The notes: a model not told the origin generated them from the letters alone. Positions 1 to 8,859 are shown, numbered from the stretch's first letter. The stretch is 64,000 bases of DNA from an uncultured Bacilli bacterium (GCA_944375905.1 CALWAS010000019.1:5394-69393); one strand, 5' to 3'. Numbers and translations are program-made.

Positions 1-112
1 TGGCGGCCTTGAATGCCTTGAGGCCGTTTTCAGTCTTCTCCGCATCGTGGAGGCCCCGATGGGCGATTCCCTTTTCGAAGCGGGGGTCCAAATAGCTTTT
101 CCAATCACGCAT
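1..112 (-). CDS. glycerophosphodiester phosphodiesterase family protein, N-terminal fragment (runs off the window)
   Basis: Reverse strand from ATG (cat at 110-112) reads MRDWKSYLDPRFEKGIAHRGLHDAEKTENGLKAFKAA. IAHRG is the GDPD-family signature. Only 37 codons are visible. Confidence 0.5.
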   Translation of the reverse strand, partial: MRDWKSYLDPRFEKGIAHRGLHDAEKTENGLKAFKAA

Positions 113-233
113 GGCTCTATGTTAAGCCAAAAACAGGGGCCGTGCTTTCTTCTTCTAAGAAGAAGTTGGGGGTGCTATGATTTCATTCGCCAGGGGACGG
201 CTTTTGTGCCGTGCCCGATACTAGGAGGAAAAC

Positions 234-2894
234 ATGGCAGAAAAGAAATACGTCTTCTCCTTCAAGGAAGCCACCGAGAAGCACCTCGGCAAGGAAATCC
301 TTGGCGGAAAAGGCTATGGCCTCGCCGAAATGACGGCGGCCGGCGTCAACATCCCGGCTGGTTTCACCATTTCGACCGAAGCCTGCACCCTCTACTACGA
401 AAGCGGGAAGAAGATCCCCGACTTCGTGTGGGAAGACATCGTGAATCACATTCACGAAGTCGAGAAAGTCGATAACAAGAGCTTCGGGGGCGGAACTGGC
501 GTTCCTCTCCTCGTCTCCGTTCGCTCGGGCGCCCGCATCTCGATGCCGGGCATGATGGACACGATCCTCAACCTCGGTCTCAACGACACGACCGTGGAGG
601 AACTCGCCAAGGCCAGCAGCAATGAGCGCTTTGCCTACGACTGCTACCGCCGCTTCATCCTCATGTTCACGAACATCGCCAAGGGCCATCCCCGTACCGA
701 CATGGACCGGATGCTCGACGAAATCAAGGAAAAGCACGGCTATAAGCTCGACACCGAGGTCACGACCGAACAGCTCAAGGACCTCGTCGTCAAGTACAAG
801 GCCTATTACAAGAAGACCTTCGGGGAAGATTTCCCGACCGATCCTTACGTTCAGCTTCGCGAAGCGGTCGCGGCCGTCTTCCGCAGCTGGGACAACGAAC
901 GCGCCAACGTGTACCGTCAGATGAACGGCATCCCCTACGAGTGGGGCACTGCCGTCAACGTCCAGACGATGGTCTTCGGCAACATGGGCGAGGATAGCGG
1001 CACCGGCGTTGCCTTCTCCCGCAACCCCTCGACCGGCGAAAAGAAGATCTATGCCGAGTTCCTCCCGAATGCCCAGGGCGAAGACGTCGTCGCCGGCATC
1101 CGGACCCCGCTTCACATCGACGAACTCGCGAAGCGGATGCCCGAAGTCTATAAAGAGTTCATGGCCACCATCGAGCGCATGGAGCACTACTTCCGCGACA
1201 TGCAGGACATGGAGTACACCATCGAGCGCGGAAGGCTCTACTTCCTCCAGACCCGCAATGGCAAGAGGACGGCCCGCGCCGCTGTCAAGATCGCCTGCGA
1301 TCTCGTCGACGAAGGACTCATCGACGAAGAAGAAGCGACCCTTCGCGTCGAGCCGAAGGCCCTCAATGACCTTCTCCACCCGACCTTCGATCCGGCCGAT
1401 CTCAAGAAGCACGCCCCGATCGCGACTGGCCTCCCGGCTTCCCCGGGTGCCGGCACCGGCGCTCTCGTCTTCTCCGCCGACGAAGCCAAGGAACGCCACG
1501 ACGCTGGCGAGAAAGTCGTTCTTGCCCGCGCCGAGACCTCCCCTGAGGACATCATCGGCATGGTCAACGCCGAAGCCATCATCACGGCTCGCGGCGGCAT
1601 GACCTCCCACGCGGCCGTCGTTGCCCGTTCGATGGGCAAGTGCTGCGTCGCCGGCTGCACCGACGCCATCATCGACGAAGAAGCCAAGACCATGACCATC
1701 AAGGGCCATGTCTACAAAGATGGCGACATCGTCTCGGTCGATGGTTCCACCGGCTATGTCTACGAAGGCGCCATCGCGATGATCGACGCCTCGCTCTCTG
1801 GCGACTTCGGCCGCCTCATGGGCTGGGCCGACAAATACCGCAGGCTCAAGATCCGCGCCAACTGCAACACCCCGCTCGATGCGGAGAACGCTCGCAAGTT
1901 CGGCGCCGAAGGCATCGGTCTCTGCCGCACGGAGCGTATGTTCTTCGCCGACGATCGTATCCTCAACATGAGGTCGATGATCCTCTCGGATACCGCCGAG
2001 CAGCGCGAAGCCGCCCTTGAGCGTCTCCGGCCGTACCAGGTCTCCGACTTCTATGCCATGTACATGGCCAACCCCGATAGCCATGTCTGCATCCGTCTCC
2101 TCGATCCGCCTCTCCACGAGTTCCTCCCGGAAATCCACGAAGAAGAGAAGATCGAAGGCATCGCCAAGGCCCTCGGCGTCACTGTTAAGAAGGTCAAGGA
2201 TCGGATCGGACAGCTCCACCAGGCCAACCCGATGATGGGTTTCCGCGGCTGCCGTCTCTGCGTTGCCTACCCGGAAATCTACCGCATGCAGGCCACTGCC
2301 ATCATCCAAGCTGCCCTCAAGGCCAGCAAGGAACTCGGCCACGACATCGAGCCGGAAATCATGATCCCGCTCGCCGGCGAGCTTAAGGAGTTCAAGTGGG
2401 CCAAGACCGTCGTCACCGAGGCCGTCGAGGCCGAGATGAAGAAGGAAGGCCACACCCTCTCCTACAAGATCGGCACCATGATCGAGATTCCGAGAGCCTG
2501 CCTCCGCGCTGGCGACATCGCCAAGGAAGCCGAGTTCTTCTCCTTCGGGACCAACGACCTCACGCAGCTCACCATGGGCTTCTCCCGCGATGACAGCGGC
2601 CAGTTCCTCCCCTTCTACTACGATCGCAAGATCTATGAGTTCGACCCCTTCCAGACCGTCGACAAGGAAGGCGTCGGCGAACTCGTCAAGATCGCCTTCG
2701 ACCGCGGCCGTGCCACTCGCCCCGAGCTCATCGTCGGCGTTTGCGGCGAGACCGGCGGCGATCCGGCTTCCATCGAGTTCTACGACAGCGTCGGCCTCGA
2801 TTACGTCTCCTGCTCTCCGTTCCGGGTTCCGCTTGCCCGCCTTGCCGCGGCCCAGGCGAACATCCGCCACAAGAGGGCGGTTGCCAAGAAGTAA
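234..2894 (+). CDS. ppdK: pyruvate, phosphate dikinase
   Basis: 886-aa ORF. N-terminal ATP-grasp region (GGKGYGLAEM), phosphohistidine motif GGMTSHAAVVARSMGK, C-terminal PEP-utilising TIM barrel. AGGAGG lies 6 nt upstream of the ATG. Confidence 0.97.
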   Translation: MAEKKYVFSFKEATEKHLGKEILGGKGYGLAEMTAAGVNIPAGFTISTEACTLYYESGKKIPDFVWEDIVNHIHEVEKVDNKSFGGGTGVPLLVSVRSGARISMPGMMDTILNLGLNDTTVEELAKASSNERFAYDCYRRFILMFTNIAKGHPRTDMDRMLDEIKEKHGYKLDTEVTTEQLKDLVVKYKAYYKKTFGEDFPTDPYVQLREAVAAVFRSWDNERANVYRQMNGIPYEWGTAVNVQTMVFGNMGEDSGTGVAFSRNPSTGEKKIYAEFLPNAQGEDVVAGIRTPLHIDELAKRMPEVYKEFMATIERMEHYFRDMQDMEYTIERGRLYFLQTRNGKRTARAAVKIACDLVDEGLIDEEEATLRVEPKALNDLLHPTFDPADLKKHAPIATGLPASPGAGTGALVFSADEAKERHDAGEKVVLARAETSPEDIIGMVNAEAIITARGGMTSHAAVVARSMGKCCVAGCTDAIIDEEAKTMTIKGHVYKDGDIVSVDGSTGYVYEGAIAMIDASLSGDFGRLMGWADKYRRLKIRANCNTPLDAENARKFGAEGIGLCRTERMFFADDRILNMRSMILSDTAEQREAALERLRPYQVSDFYAMYMANPDSHVCIRLLDPPLHEFLPEIHEEEKIEGIAKALGVTVKKVKDRIGQLHQANPMMGFRGCRLCVAYPEIYRMQATAIIQAALKASKELGHDIEPEIMIPLAGELKEFKWAKTVVTEAVEAEMKKEGHTLSYKIGTMIEIPRACLRAGDIAKEAEFFSFGTNDLTQLTMGFSRDDSGQFLPFYYDRKIYEFDPFQTVDKEGVGELVKIAFDRGRATRPELIVGVCGETGGDPASIEFYDSVGLDYVSCSPFRVPLARLAAAQANIRHKRAVAKK

Positions 2895-2912
2895 AGCTTC
2901 CGGCAATCAAAG

Positions 2913-2943
2913 GAGCTCACCCGTCTGGGTGGGCTCTTTTTTT
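2913..2943 (+). terminator. intrinsic terminator after ppdK
   Basis: 10-bp stem GAGCTCACCC/GGGTGGGCTC with loop GTCT, followed by a 7-T run. Confidence 0.75.
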
Positions 2944-2985
2944 CTACCGCTCAAGGCCAAAGGCTGGTTAAATGGGGAGCGGCAT

Positions 2986-3612
2986 ATGAAACGAAGCGAA
3001 AAAGAGAAAATGCTGGCTGGCGAAATATACAACCCGTCGGACCCGGAGCTTTCGCGGCTAGCCATCGAAGCCAAGCACAAGGCATACCTTCTTAACCAAT
3101 GCGATCCGTCGGACTCGATGGAATACGAAAAAAGACTGCGGAGCCTTTTCCCCCTCTTGGGGCCCAATTCATACATAGCCCCGAATGTACAAGTCGATTA
3201 CGGAATCAATTTCGCCACCGGGAAGAACTTCTTCGCCAATTATGGGCTGGTCGTCCTGGATTGCTGCCCGGTCACGGTAGGAGACGACGTCATGTGCGGC
3301 GTAGGCGTGCACATCGTCACGCCCGTGCATCCGTTGCTCTCGGAAGAGCGAAGCCAACGGCTCCATGAAGACGGCCGAATCTACGATTACGAATACGCTA
3401 AGCCAATCGCGATCGGCAACGGAGTATGGCTTGCTTCCGACGTAACCGTTTGCGGAGGGGTAAGGATCGGCGACCGTTCCGTAATCGCGGCCGGCGCCGT
3501 CGTTGTAAATGACATTCCTCCTGACGTTTTAGCCGGAGGGGTGCCTTGCAAGGTCATAAGAAAGCTTACCGAGGAAGACCGACTCGGCATTTACAAAGCG
3601 AATGGCGATTAA
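2986..3612 (+). CDS. maltose/galactoside O-acetyltransferase family (left-handed beta-helix)
   Basis: An internal ATG at 2986 in the 2590..3612 ORF gives MKRSEKEKMLAGEIYNPSDPEL (Mac-domain-like N-terminus), then hexapeptide repeats (IGNGVWLASDVTVCGGVRIGDRSVIAAGAVV). The upstream part of the ORF overlaps ppdK and its terminator. Confidence 0.85.
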   Translation: MKRSEKEKMLAGEIYNPSDPELSRLAIEAKHKAYLLNQCDPSDSMEYEKRLRSLFPLLGPNSYIAPNVQVDYGINFATGKNFFANYGLVVLDCCPVTVGDDVMCGVGVHIVTPVHPLLSEERSQRLHEDGRIYDYEYAKPIAIGNGVWLASDVTVCGGVRIGDRSVIAAGAVVVNDIPPDVLAGGVPCKVIRKLTEEDRLGIYKANGD

Positions 3613-3818
3613 TCGAATTCGTTTAGCAAAAGCGTCTTTTCGCTTTCGTAATCGAAGGCGGTGATTTCCTGCTTTCGAAAAGCTACCTCCAAGACCGCCA
3701 TCGCTTGGCTTTTGGCCTTGGACAAACGCAGTCTTTCAACCTCTTGAAGGATTTTTTCGCGAGAAGAAAGGCTTTTTTGCGGGGATTTTTTCTTAAAAAG
3801 CTTTGAAATGAAACTCAT
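3609..3818 (-). CDS. hypothetical 69-aa protein, last gene of the DUF362/macro operon
   Basis: Its ATG overlaps the macro-gene stop as ATGA (3815-3818). Predicted helical, with a K-rich N-terminus. No recognisable family. Its stop overlaps the convergent acetyltransferase stop. Confidence 0.5.
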   Translation of the reverse strand: MSFISKLFKKKSPQKSLSSREKILQEVERLRLSKAKSQAMAVLEVAFRKQEITAFDYESEKTLLLNEFD

Positions 3819-4609
3819 TGCAGCAGTTCTCCGTAAATCTCAGAGTCCTCTTTGTCAACAATGGCGAAGATGATAATGGGAGCCGTATCGTGACGGTTTA
3901 GATAAGTGTCTACGGCATCGACGGCAATCCGCGCCGCTTCTTTCTTGGGATAGCGGTTGCCTCCCGTGCCTAGCGCCGGAAAAGCGATGGTTTTGAGTCC
4001 GGCTTCCTCGGCCAGGCGTAACGACGACCAATAGCAGTACTTGAGGTCCGTCTCGTCTTTGCGGGAAGGGCGGACGCCGACTTTCGGGGCAATGGCATGG
4101 ATGACGTAACTTGCCGGTATGTTTCTCGCTTTGGTAAGAAACGCTTTGCCAGGCGCGGCAAGAGACCCATGGAGTTCGTTTCGATAAGGAGCTAGCTCCT
4201 CGAGGAGCGAAAGTCCGCACGCCTGGTGAATCTGCGCATCAAGCGAAGTGTCGAAGGGGACTTTCGATCCCTCCAAAGTAGGAGAAGCAGAATCGACGAT
4301 TGCATCTACTTGAAGGCGGAGAATATCCCCCTCGTAGACAGCGACCTTTGCCAGCCCGCTGACCGGTAGCGAATAGGCGCTTACCCAGCCGCGTTCGCGG
4401 CTCTCTTCGGAGAGAATCCCATCGAGGGCCAAAACGACTTCCTGTGGCGCCCTTTTGGTTCCGAAAAAGGAAACGAGGGCCGCAAGGGCCCTTCGTTTTT
4501 CGCTATAGGTGGCCAATCTCGGCGGGATGAATCGCTCAAAAGACGGAAGCTCGCCTCGAAAGTACGAGAGGAGAAAATCGACTCTTTGCTCGCGACTCGC
4601 GAAGTTCAT
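3815..4609 (-). CDS. macrodomain protein (protein-ADP-ribose hydrolase-like, with N-terminal helical extension)
   Basis: 264 aa. Macro-fold motifs DAIVDSASPTLEG, VIHAIAPKVG and IAFPALGTGGNRYP. The roughly 90-aa N-terminal extension resembles the SirTM-associated macro subfamily. ATGA overlap with the upstream gene. Confidence 0.85.
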   Translation of the reverse strand: MNFASREQRVDFLLSYFRGELPSFERFIPPRLATYSEKRRALAALVSFFGTKRAPQEVVLALDGILSEESRERGWVSAYSLPVSGLAKVAVYEGDILRLQVDAIVDSASPTLEGSKVPFDTSLDAQIHQACGLSLLEELAPYRNELHGSLAAPGKAFLTKARNIPASYVIHAIAPKVGVRPSRKDETDLKYCYWSSLRLAEEAGLKTIAFPALGTGGNRYPKKEAARIAVDAVDTYLNRHDTAPIIIFAIVDKEDSEIYGELLQ

Positions 4610-5721
4610 TTCATCTCAATCAGTTCGTACTCGCGAGAACCGAGACCGATTTCCTGGCCATGGATAAGCGCGGCTTCCCAGTCAACATGCGGATTGGAGT
4701 CGTGGAACACCTGTCCGGTCGCTTCTTCTTTCGCGAGACGATCGCCCAATTGAGAATTGCGGAATGCCGTCTGCTTGTTGCAAAGGTCGACGCAAGCCTG
4801 ATCAAGGGCGACCGGGTCAGTAGAGCAAAGCATTCCGACGTCAGGAATGATCGGGGCATCGTTTTCGCCATGGCAGTCGCAATTCGGCGAAACGTCGGTA
4901 ATGAGGCTTATGTGGAAGCAGGGACGTCCGGTGACAACGGCTTTGGCGTATTCGGCCATCTTGTAACCCAAAAGCGTATTGGAGTTGTACTCGATGGGAG
5001 AAATGGCATCGAAGGCGCAGGCGCCAATGCAGCGGCCGCACCCCTTGCACTTCTCTAGGTCGACAACGGCTTTGTTATCGACGTAGGTGATGGCGTCCGA
5101 ACCGCATTCCTTGGCGCATTTGCGGCAGCCGCGGCACTTGTCATGATCGAACCGCGGTTTTCCGTTGCTGTGCTGGTCCATTTTGCCGGCTCTTGAGCCG
5201 CAGCCCATGCCGATGTTCTTGATGGCCCCGCCAAATCCGGCTTCCTCGTGTCCTTTGAAATGGCTGAGTGAAATAAAGATGTCCGCATCCATTACAGCGC
5301 GGCCAATATGGGCTTCTTTGATATAGGTTCCGCCCTCAACGGGAACCTCCACTTCATCCGTTCCCTTCAAACCATCGCCAATTATTACGTGGCAGCCGGT
5401 CGTGGTTTCGTTAAAACCGTTTAATTGGGCGCAAGTGAGATGATCTAGGGCGTTTTTTCGATATCCAGGGTAAAGAGTGTTGCAGTCGGTCAAAAACGGC
5501 CTGCCGCCCTGTTCCTTGACGAGATCGGCAACCGCTTTAGCGTAATTCGGGCGAAGGAACGAAAGGTTCCCGTACTCGCCGAAATGCATCTTGATGGCAA
5601 CGAACTTTCCATCAAAATCAATGTCTTTCAACCCGCCCTTTATCAAAAGGCGCTGAAGTTTGTGAGTTAGAGATTCACCAACCTTAACGCGAAAATCAGC
5701 AAAAAAGACCTTGCTAGACAT
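4606..5721 (-). CDS. DUF362 domain protein with 2x[4Fe-4S] ferredoxin insert
   Basis: 371 aa. Two CxxCxxCxxxC motifs (CRGCRKCAKEC, CKGCGRCIGAC). DUF362-like N- and C-terminal parts (FVAIKMHFGE, NCDCHG). GGAGG lies 9 nt upstream. Confidence 0.85.
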   Translation of the reverse strand: MSSKVFFADFRVKVGESLTHKLQRLLIKGGLKDIDFDGKFVAIKMHFGEYGNLSFLRPNYAKAVADLVKEQGGRPFLTDCNTLYPGYRKNALDHLTCAQLNGFNETTTGCHVIIGDGLKGTDEVEVPVEGGTYIKEAHIGRAVMDADIFISLSHFKGHEEAGFGGAIKNIGMGCGSRAGKMDQHSNGKPRFDHDKCRGCRKCAKECGSDAITYVDNKAVVDLEKCKGCGRCIGACAFDAISPIEYNSNTLLGYKMAEYAKAVVTGRPCFHISLITDVSPNCDCHGENDAPIIPDVGMLCSTDPVALDQACVDLCNKQTAFRNSQLGDRLAKEEATGQVFHDSNPHVDWEAALIHGQEIGLGSREYELIEMK

Positions 5722-5734
5722 TCCTTATAACCTC

Positions 5735-6100
5735 CTAAAGCTTGTCGATGGCATTTTTAAACGATGTGGTCCCTTTAATTTTAGCCTCATCGGTGTTCGT
5801 ATTAACCACGGGGTTTCTGCTTTTTGGCAATCCGGAAACCGCTATCAGGTCTTGCTCGCGCTTCGGCAAAATTGTGGGTTGTGTCGGAGAAGGAATCTTT
5901 TGGCCAGCCGCGAGTTGAAATGGGATGCCGTTGGTTCTTACAACAGCTTTGAGAAAAAGGGTTACGGCTGCAGTCATCGATAGACCGATATCGTCGAGTA
6001 CGACTTCGGCCGAATGTTTTAGTTCACCATCAATTCGTAAATTAAGCGTATCTTTTGACATTTCATCGAAATAATAATCGATTTTTTGATGTAAAGCCAT
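5735..6100 (-). CDS. RelB/DinJ-family ribbon-helix-helix protein with a roughly 60-aa C-terminal extension
   Basis: LNLRIDGELKHSAEVVLDDIGLSMTAAVTLFLKAVVRTNGIPF matches the DinJ antitoxin fold pattern. Neither candidate start (M1 or M14) has an SD. The stop overlaps the SD of the DUF362 gene. Confidence 0.65.
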   Translation of the reverse strand: MALHQKIDYYFDEMSKDTLNLRIDGELKHSAEVVLDDIGLSMTAAVTLFLKAVVRTNGIPFQLAAGQKIPSPTQPTILPKREQDLIAVSGLPKSRNPVVNTNTDEAKIKGTTSFKNAIDKL

Positions 6101-6140
6101 TGTAACGTCGTTGTAACGCTATTTGCATTACGTTAACGTA
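6101..6140. promoter_or_regulatory. putative operator array upstream of the dinJ-like gene
   Basis: Direct repeats TGTAACG at 6101-6107 and 6112-6118 (11-nt phasing), plus the perfect 12-bp palindrome TACGTTAACGTA at 6129-6140, which contains the same TAACG/CGTTA half-sites. Confidence 0.4.
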
Positions 6141-6159
6141 CTACCAAGTGCTGCAAAAC

Positions 6160-6181
6160 GAAAAAAGCCTCCACAGAGGCT
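6160..6181 (-). terminator. intrinsic terminator after the 91-aa repeat-protein gene
   Basis: Hairpin AGCCTC-CACA-GAGGCT at 6166-6181. An A-run at 6161-6166 gives a T-run on the minus strand. Confidence 0.6.
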
Positions 6182-6200
6182 CGGTTATATTCAATGTGCT

Positions 6201-6476
6201 TTAGCCTATGGCCTTAAGCTGAATGTCGTTTCGCGAATCAATTTCGCCTTTTAACGATCCTCCGAAGTAAACATCGCCAACATCATCGATGTATCCAATC
6301 TTGACCCCATTGCGATAGAACCCACCTTCCGAATCAATTTGGCAAAATACCTTATTGCCCACATAGAGAATGCCCACGCCTTCGCTGTCAGAATCGACAT
6401 ACCCTATTCTTTCGCCGTTCAGATAAACATCTCTGTTGTAAACGCAAGTCCAATCCATATAAGGTCTGCAATGCAA
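6201..6476 (-). CDS. small protein with four internal ~17-aa repeats (4-fold beta-flower-like)
   Basis: 91 aa with four repeats of the pattern Y-x-N/G-G-x-x-I-G-Y-I/V-D (VYLNGERIGYVDSD / LYVGNKVFCQIDSEG / FYRNGVKIGYIDDVG / VYFGGSLKGEIDSRN). AT-rich flanks and its own terminator. Confidence 0.55.
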   Translation of the reverse strand: MHCRPYMDWTCVYNRDVYLNGERIGYVDSDSEGVGILYVGNKVFCQIDSEGGFYRNGVKIGYIDDVGDVYFGGSLKGEIDSRNDIQLKAIG

Positions 6477-6530
6477 TTTAAGATATAGATTTTAGGTATA
6501 GAAATACTTAGGTAATATCGAACCTATATG

Positions 6531-7940
6531 TCATTTATCTTTATTATTCTTCTTTAATTCCGCCCGCTTATGAAGCACAATCGAGTATCCAGGCTTGTTT
6601 GATTGGCGGCTTCTGGCAATTGCCATGGCATCCTGTTCAACGTTGTCTGTAATCGTGCTCCCTGCGGCTACGAAACACCCGTTTCCAAGAACGACCGGGG
6701 ATATCAAGGTAGACCCGGAACCGACAAAAACGCGATCGCCGATGTCGCTGTGGAATTTATTAACGCCATCGTAATTGGCAACGATCGTTCCGCATCCAAT
6801 GTTGCACCCAGATCCGATCTTCGCGTCGCCTAGATACGAAAGATGCATGGCCTTCGTCCCTTCACCGAAGTCGACGTTCTTTAATTCCATGAAGTTGCCG
6901 ATATGGCCTTTGTCATGGACCTTGCTATTTCCCCTAAGGCGCGCAAACGGACCAACCTGAACTTCTTCGCCAAGCTCGCAATCGACGACATGGGAGAAAG
7001 TGATGAAACCTCTTGAACCCATTTTTACGTTTTCGAGGTATGAATTGGGCCCGATTACGCTCTCTTCCCCGATCTCGGTCGCTCCCAAAATAGTGGTATT
7101 GGGCTTTATAACCGCGTCTGCGCCGATCTTTACGTATGGCCCGATATAGGCGGTTTCGGGATCTTCGATCGTAACGCCGCTAAGCATTAGGGCCTCATTG
7201 ATCCTTTTTTGGAGTGCCTTCGCGGCGGCAGCCAATTGAACGCGATCGTTGATACCGGACATTTCAACGGGATCAGGAGCGACGTAGCCATCTACCTTAA
7301 GTCCCTTATTCGCAAAAATGGAAATGACATCGGTCAGGTAATATTCGCCGGCGGCGTTGTCTGTCGTCAAAAGCTTCAACGACTCGAACAGGGTCCTGTT
7401 GTCGAATACATAAACGCCGGCATTGACTTCTTTTATGTTGTTTTGGTCTCCGACGAGATCCTTCTGCTCGACGATTCCTTTGACCAGCCCGTTTTCCCTA
7501 ACGATACGGCCATATCCTTTTGGGTTATCCGCGTGGAAGGTCAAAACAGTCAAATCATTATGATTGTTTTCGTGAAATTCAAAGAGGTTTTGCAGGGTTT
7601 TTCCCTTAAGAAGGGGCGTGTCGCCGCAGCATACGATGGTTTCGCCGTCCATTCCTTCGAGGAGAGGGGCCGCCATCATGACGGCATGTCCGGATCCCTT
7701 CTGTTCCTTTTGCCAGACGATGTCGGCGCGACCTTCCGCTATTTTCTTCGACGTCTCGCCGCCGAAGCCAAGCACCGTTATCAGCTTGCTAAGCGAGCAC
7801 GTCTCCAGCGCGTCCATAACGTATCCGAGGAGAGGAACGCCCAAAATGGGATAGGAAACCTTCGAGACATCGTCTCGCTTCGACTTCATTCTCGAGCCCT
7901 TCCCGGCGGCGAGGATGATTGCATATCTTGTATTGGCCAT
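6531..7940 (-). CDS. glmU: bifunctional UDP-GlcNAc diphosphorylase / GlcN-1-P N-acetyltransferase
   Basis: 469 aa. N-terminal LAAGKGSRM nucleotidyltransferase motif and C-terminal hexapeptide-repeat domain. Confidence 0.95.
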   Translation of the reverse strand: MANTRYAIILAAGKGSRMKSKRDDVSKVSYPILGVPLLGYVMDALETCSLSKLITVLGFGGETSKKIAEGRADIVWQKEQKGSGHAVMMAAPLLEGMDGETIVCCGDTPLLKGKTLQNLFEFHENNHNDLTVLTFHADNPKGYGRIVRENGLVKGIVEQKDLVGDQNNIKEVNAGVYVFDNRTLFESLKLLTTDNAAGEYYLTDVISIFANKGLKVDGYVAPDPVEMSGINDRVQLAAAAKALQKRINEALMLSGVTIEDPETAYIGPYVKIGADAVIKPNTTILGATEIGEESVIGPNSYLENVKMGSRGFITFSHVVDCELGEEVQVGPFARLRGNSKVHDKGHIGNFMELKNVDFGEGTKAMHLSYLGDAKIGSGCNIGCGTIVANYDGVNKFHSDIGDRVFVGSGSTLISPVVLGNGCFVAAGSTITDNVEQDAMAIARSRQSNKPGYSIVLHKRAELKKNNKDK

Positions 7941-7947
7941 GGGCCAA

Positions 7948-8859
7948 TTATACTAGTGTCTTGGTCAGCCTTGTAACGTAGCCAAGTTCGTCGTACTTCC
8001 TGTAGGATTCCTTGGCCAGTCTTTGGTCGTTTGTTAAGGCAAAGACGGTTGAGCCGGATCCGCTCATCGAAACGGCTTTGAAACCGTCAAAGCGGAGAAA
8101 CTCAATTATTTCATCGATTTCCGGAAGTAGATTTATGCTAGCCGCCATAAGATCGTTGCCGATGGCTTTTCCAAGGGCGGCATCGTCGCCTTGCTTCAAG
8201 GCCTCTACGACTTTGGCGGTATCGGTTGTAAGCGGTTGGCATTTGAGCTCGTCATACGTCTCGAAAACTTTTTTGGTCGAAAGGCCGGTTACGGGTTTTA
8301 CCAAAAGGCAATAAAAGGACTTGCTTAGCTCGAACGGCTCAAGCCTTTCTCCGATACCGCGAACGATAGACGGCTTCATTGAAAGGAAGAAAGGAACGTC
8401 GGCCCCGATTTGGAGCCCGATTTCGCTTAGGATTTCCGGCGTCGTCTTAATGCCAAGAAGGTTCACAAGCCCCTTCATGACGGCCGCCGCATTGCTTGAG
8501 CCGCCGCCAAGACCGGCCGCAAAAGGTATTTCTTTGTGAATGTTCACGACGAAGTTTTCCTTGAAGCCGAAAGCCTCGCGCATCTTTTCGATTGCCTTGG
8601 TACAAAGGTTGTGGCGAGGGAAATCAAGGCTCGCATCGTCGCACGTGACGAAGGTATCGACCGAATACGGCGCCTTGCTAATCGATATGACGTCGTGAAG
8701 ATCGAGTGGCAAATTTACCATTTCGAGATCGTGGAAGCCGTTTGAAAGGGATGAAATGACTTTGATCGAGACGTTGATCTTGGCACACGACCTAACGACT
8801 AGGCTGCTTCGATGGAAGAACATACTGACAGGCAGAATATTAGTTGAAAGACGCCTCAT
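7948..8859 (-). CDS. ispE: 4-diphosphocytidyl-2-C-methyl-D-erythritol kinase
   Basis: AKINVSIKV N-terminus and GHMP kinase motif PFAAGLGGGSSNAAAV. ATGA overlap with the rsmA stop. An alternative start at M13 (8823) is possible. Confidence 0.9.
   Translation of the reverse strand: MRRLSTNILPVSMFFHRSSLVVRSCAKINVSIKVISSLSNGFHDLEMVNLPLDLHDVISISKAPYSVDTFVTCDDASLDFPRHNLCTKAIEKMREAFGFKENFVVNIHKEIPFAAGLGGGSSNAAAVMKGLVNLLGIKTTPEILSEIGLQIGADVPFFLSMKPSIVRGIGERLEPFELSKSFYCLLVKPVTGLSTKKVFETYDELKCQPLTTDTAKVVEALKQGDDAALGKAIGNDLMAASINLLPEIDEIIEFLRFDGFKAVSMSGSGSTVFALTNDQRLAKESYRKYDELGYVTRLTKTLV

Noticed and set aside
149-165. CTTCTTCT-A-AGAAGAAG inverted repeat in the GDPD/ppdK divergent spacer
   Set aside because: It is a possible operator, but it is a simple purine/pyrimidine tract with a 1-nt centre and no known cognate regulator nearby. 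The evidence is too weak to call.
47-475. 142-aa plus-strand ORF upstream of and overlapping ppdK
   Set aside because: It is out of frame with ppdK, overlaps the divergent GDPD gene start and the ppdK SD, and has an Arg-rich composition typical of an off-frame GC-rich translation.
183-2906. 907-aa minus-strand ORF covering all of ppdK
   Set aside because: It is in the codon-aligned antisense frame of ppdK (2906-234+1 is divisible by 3). Its only possible stops would be the reverse complements of TTA, CTA or TCA, which the strongly biased ppdK avoids. The translation is low-complexity (G/A/E/D/L/V-rich) with no motif. It is a shadow ORF.
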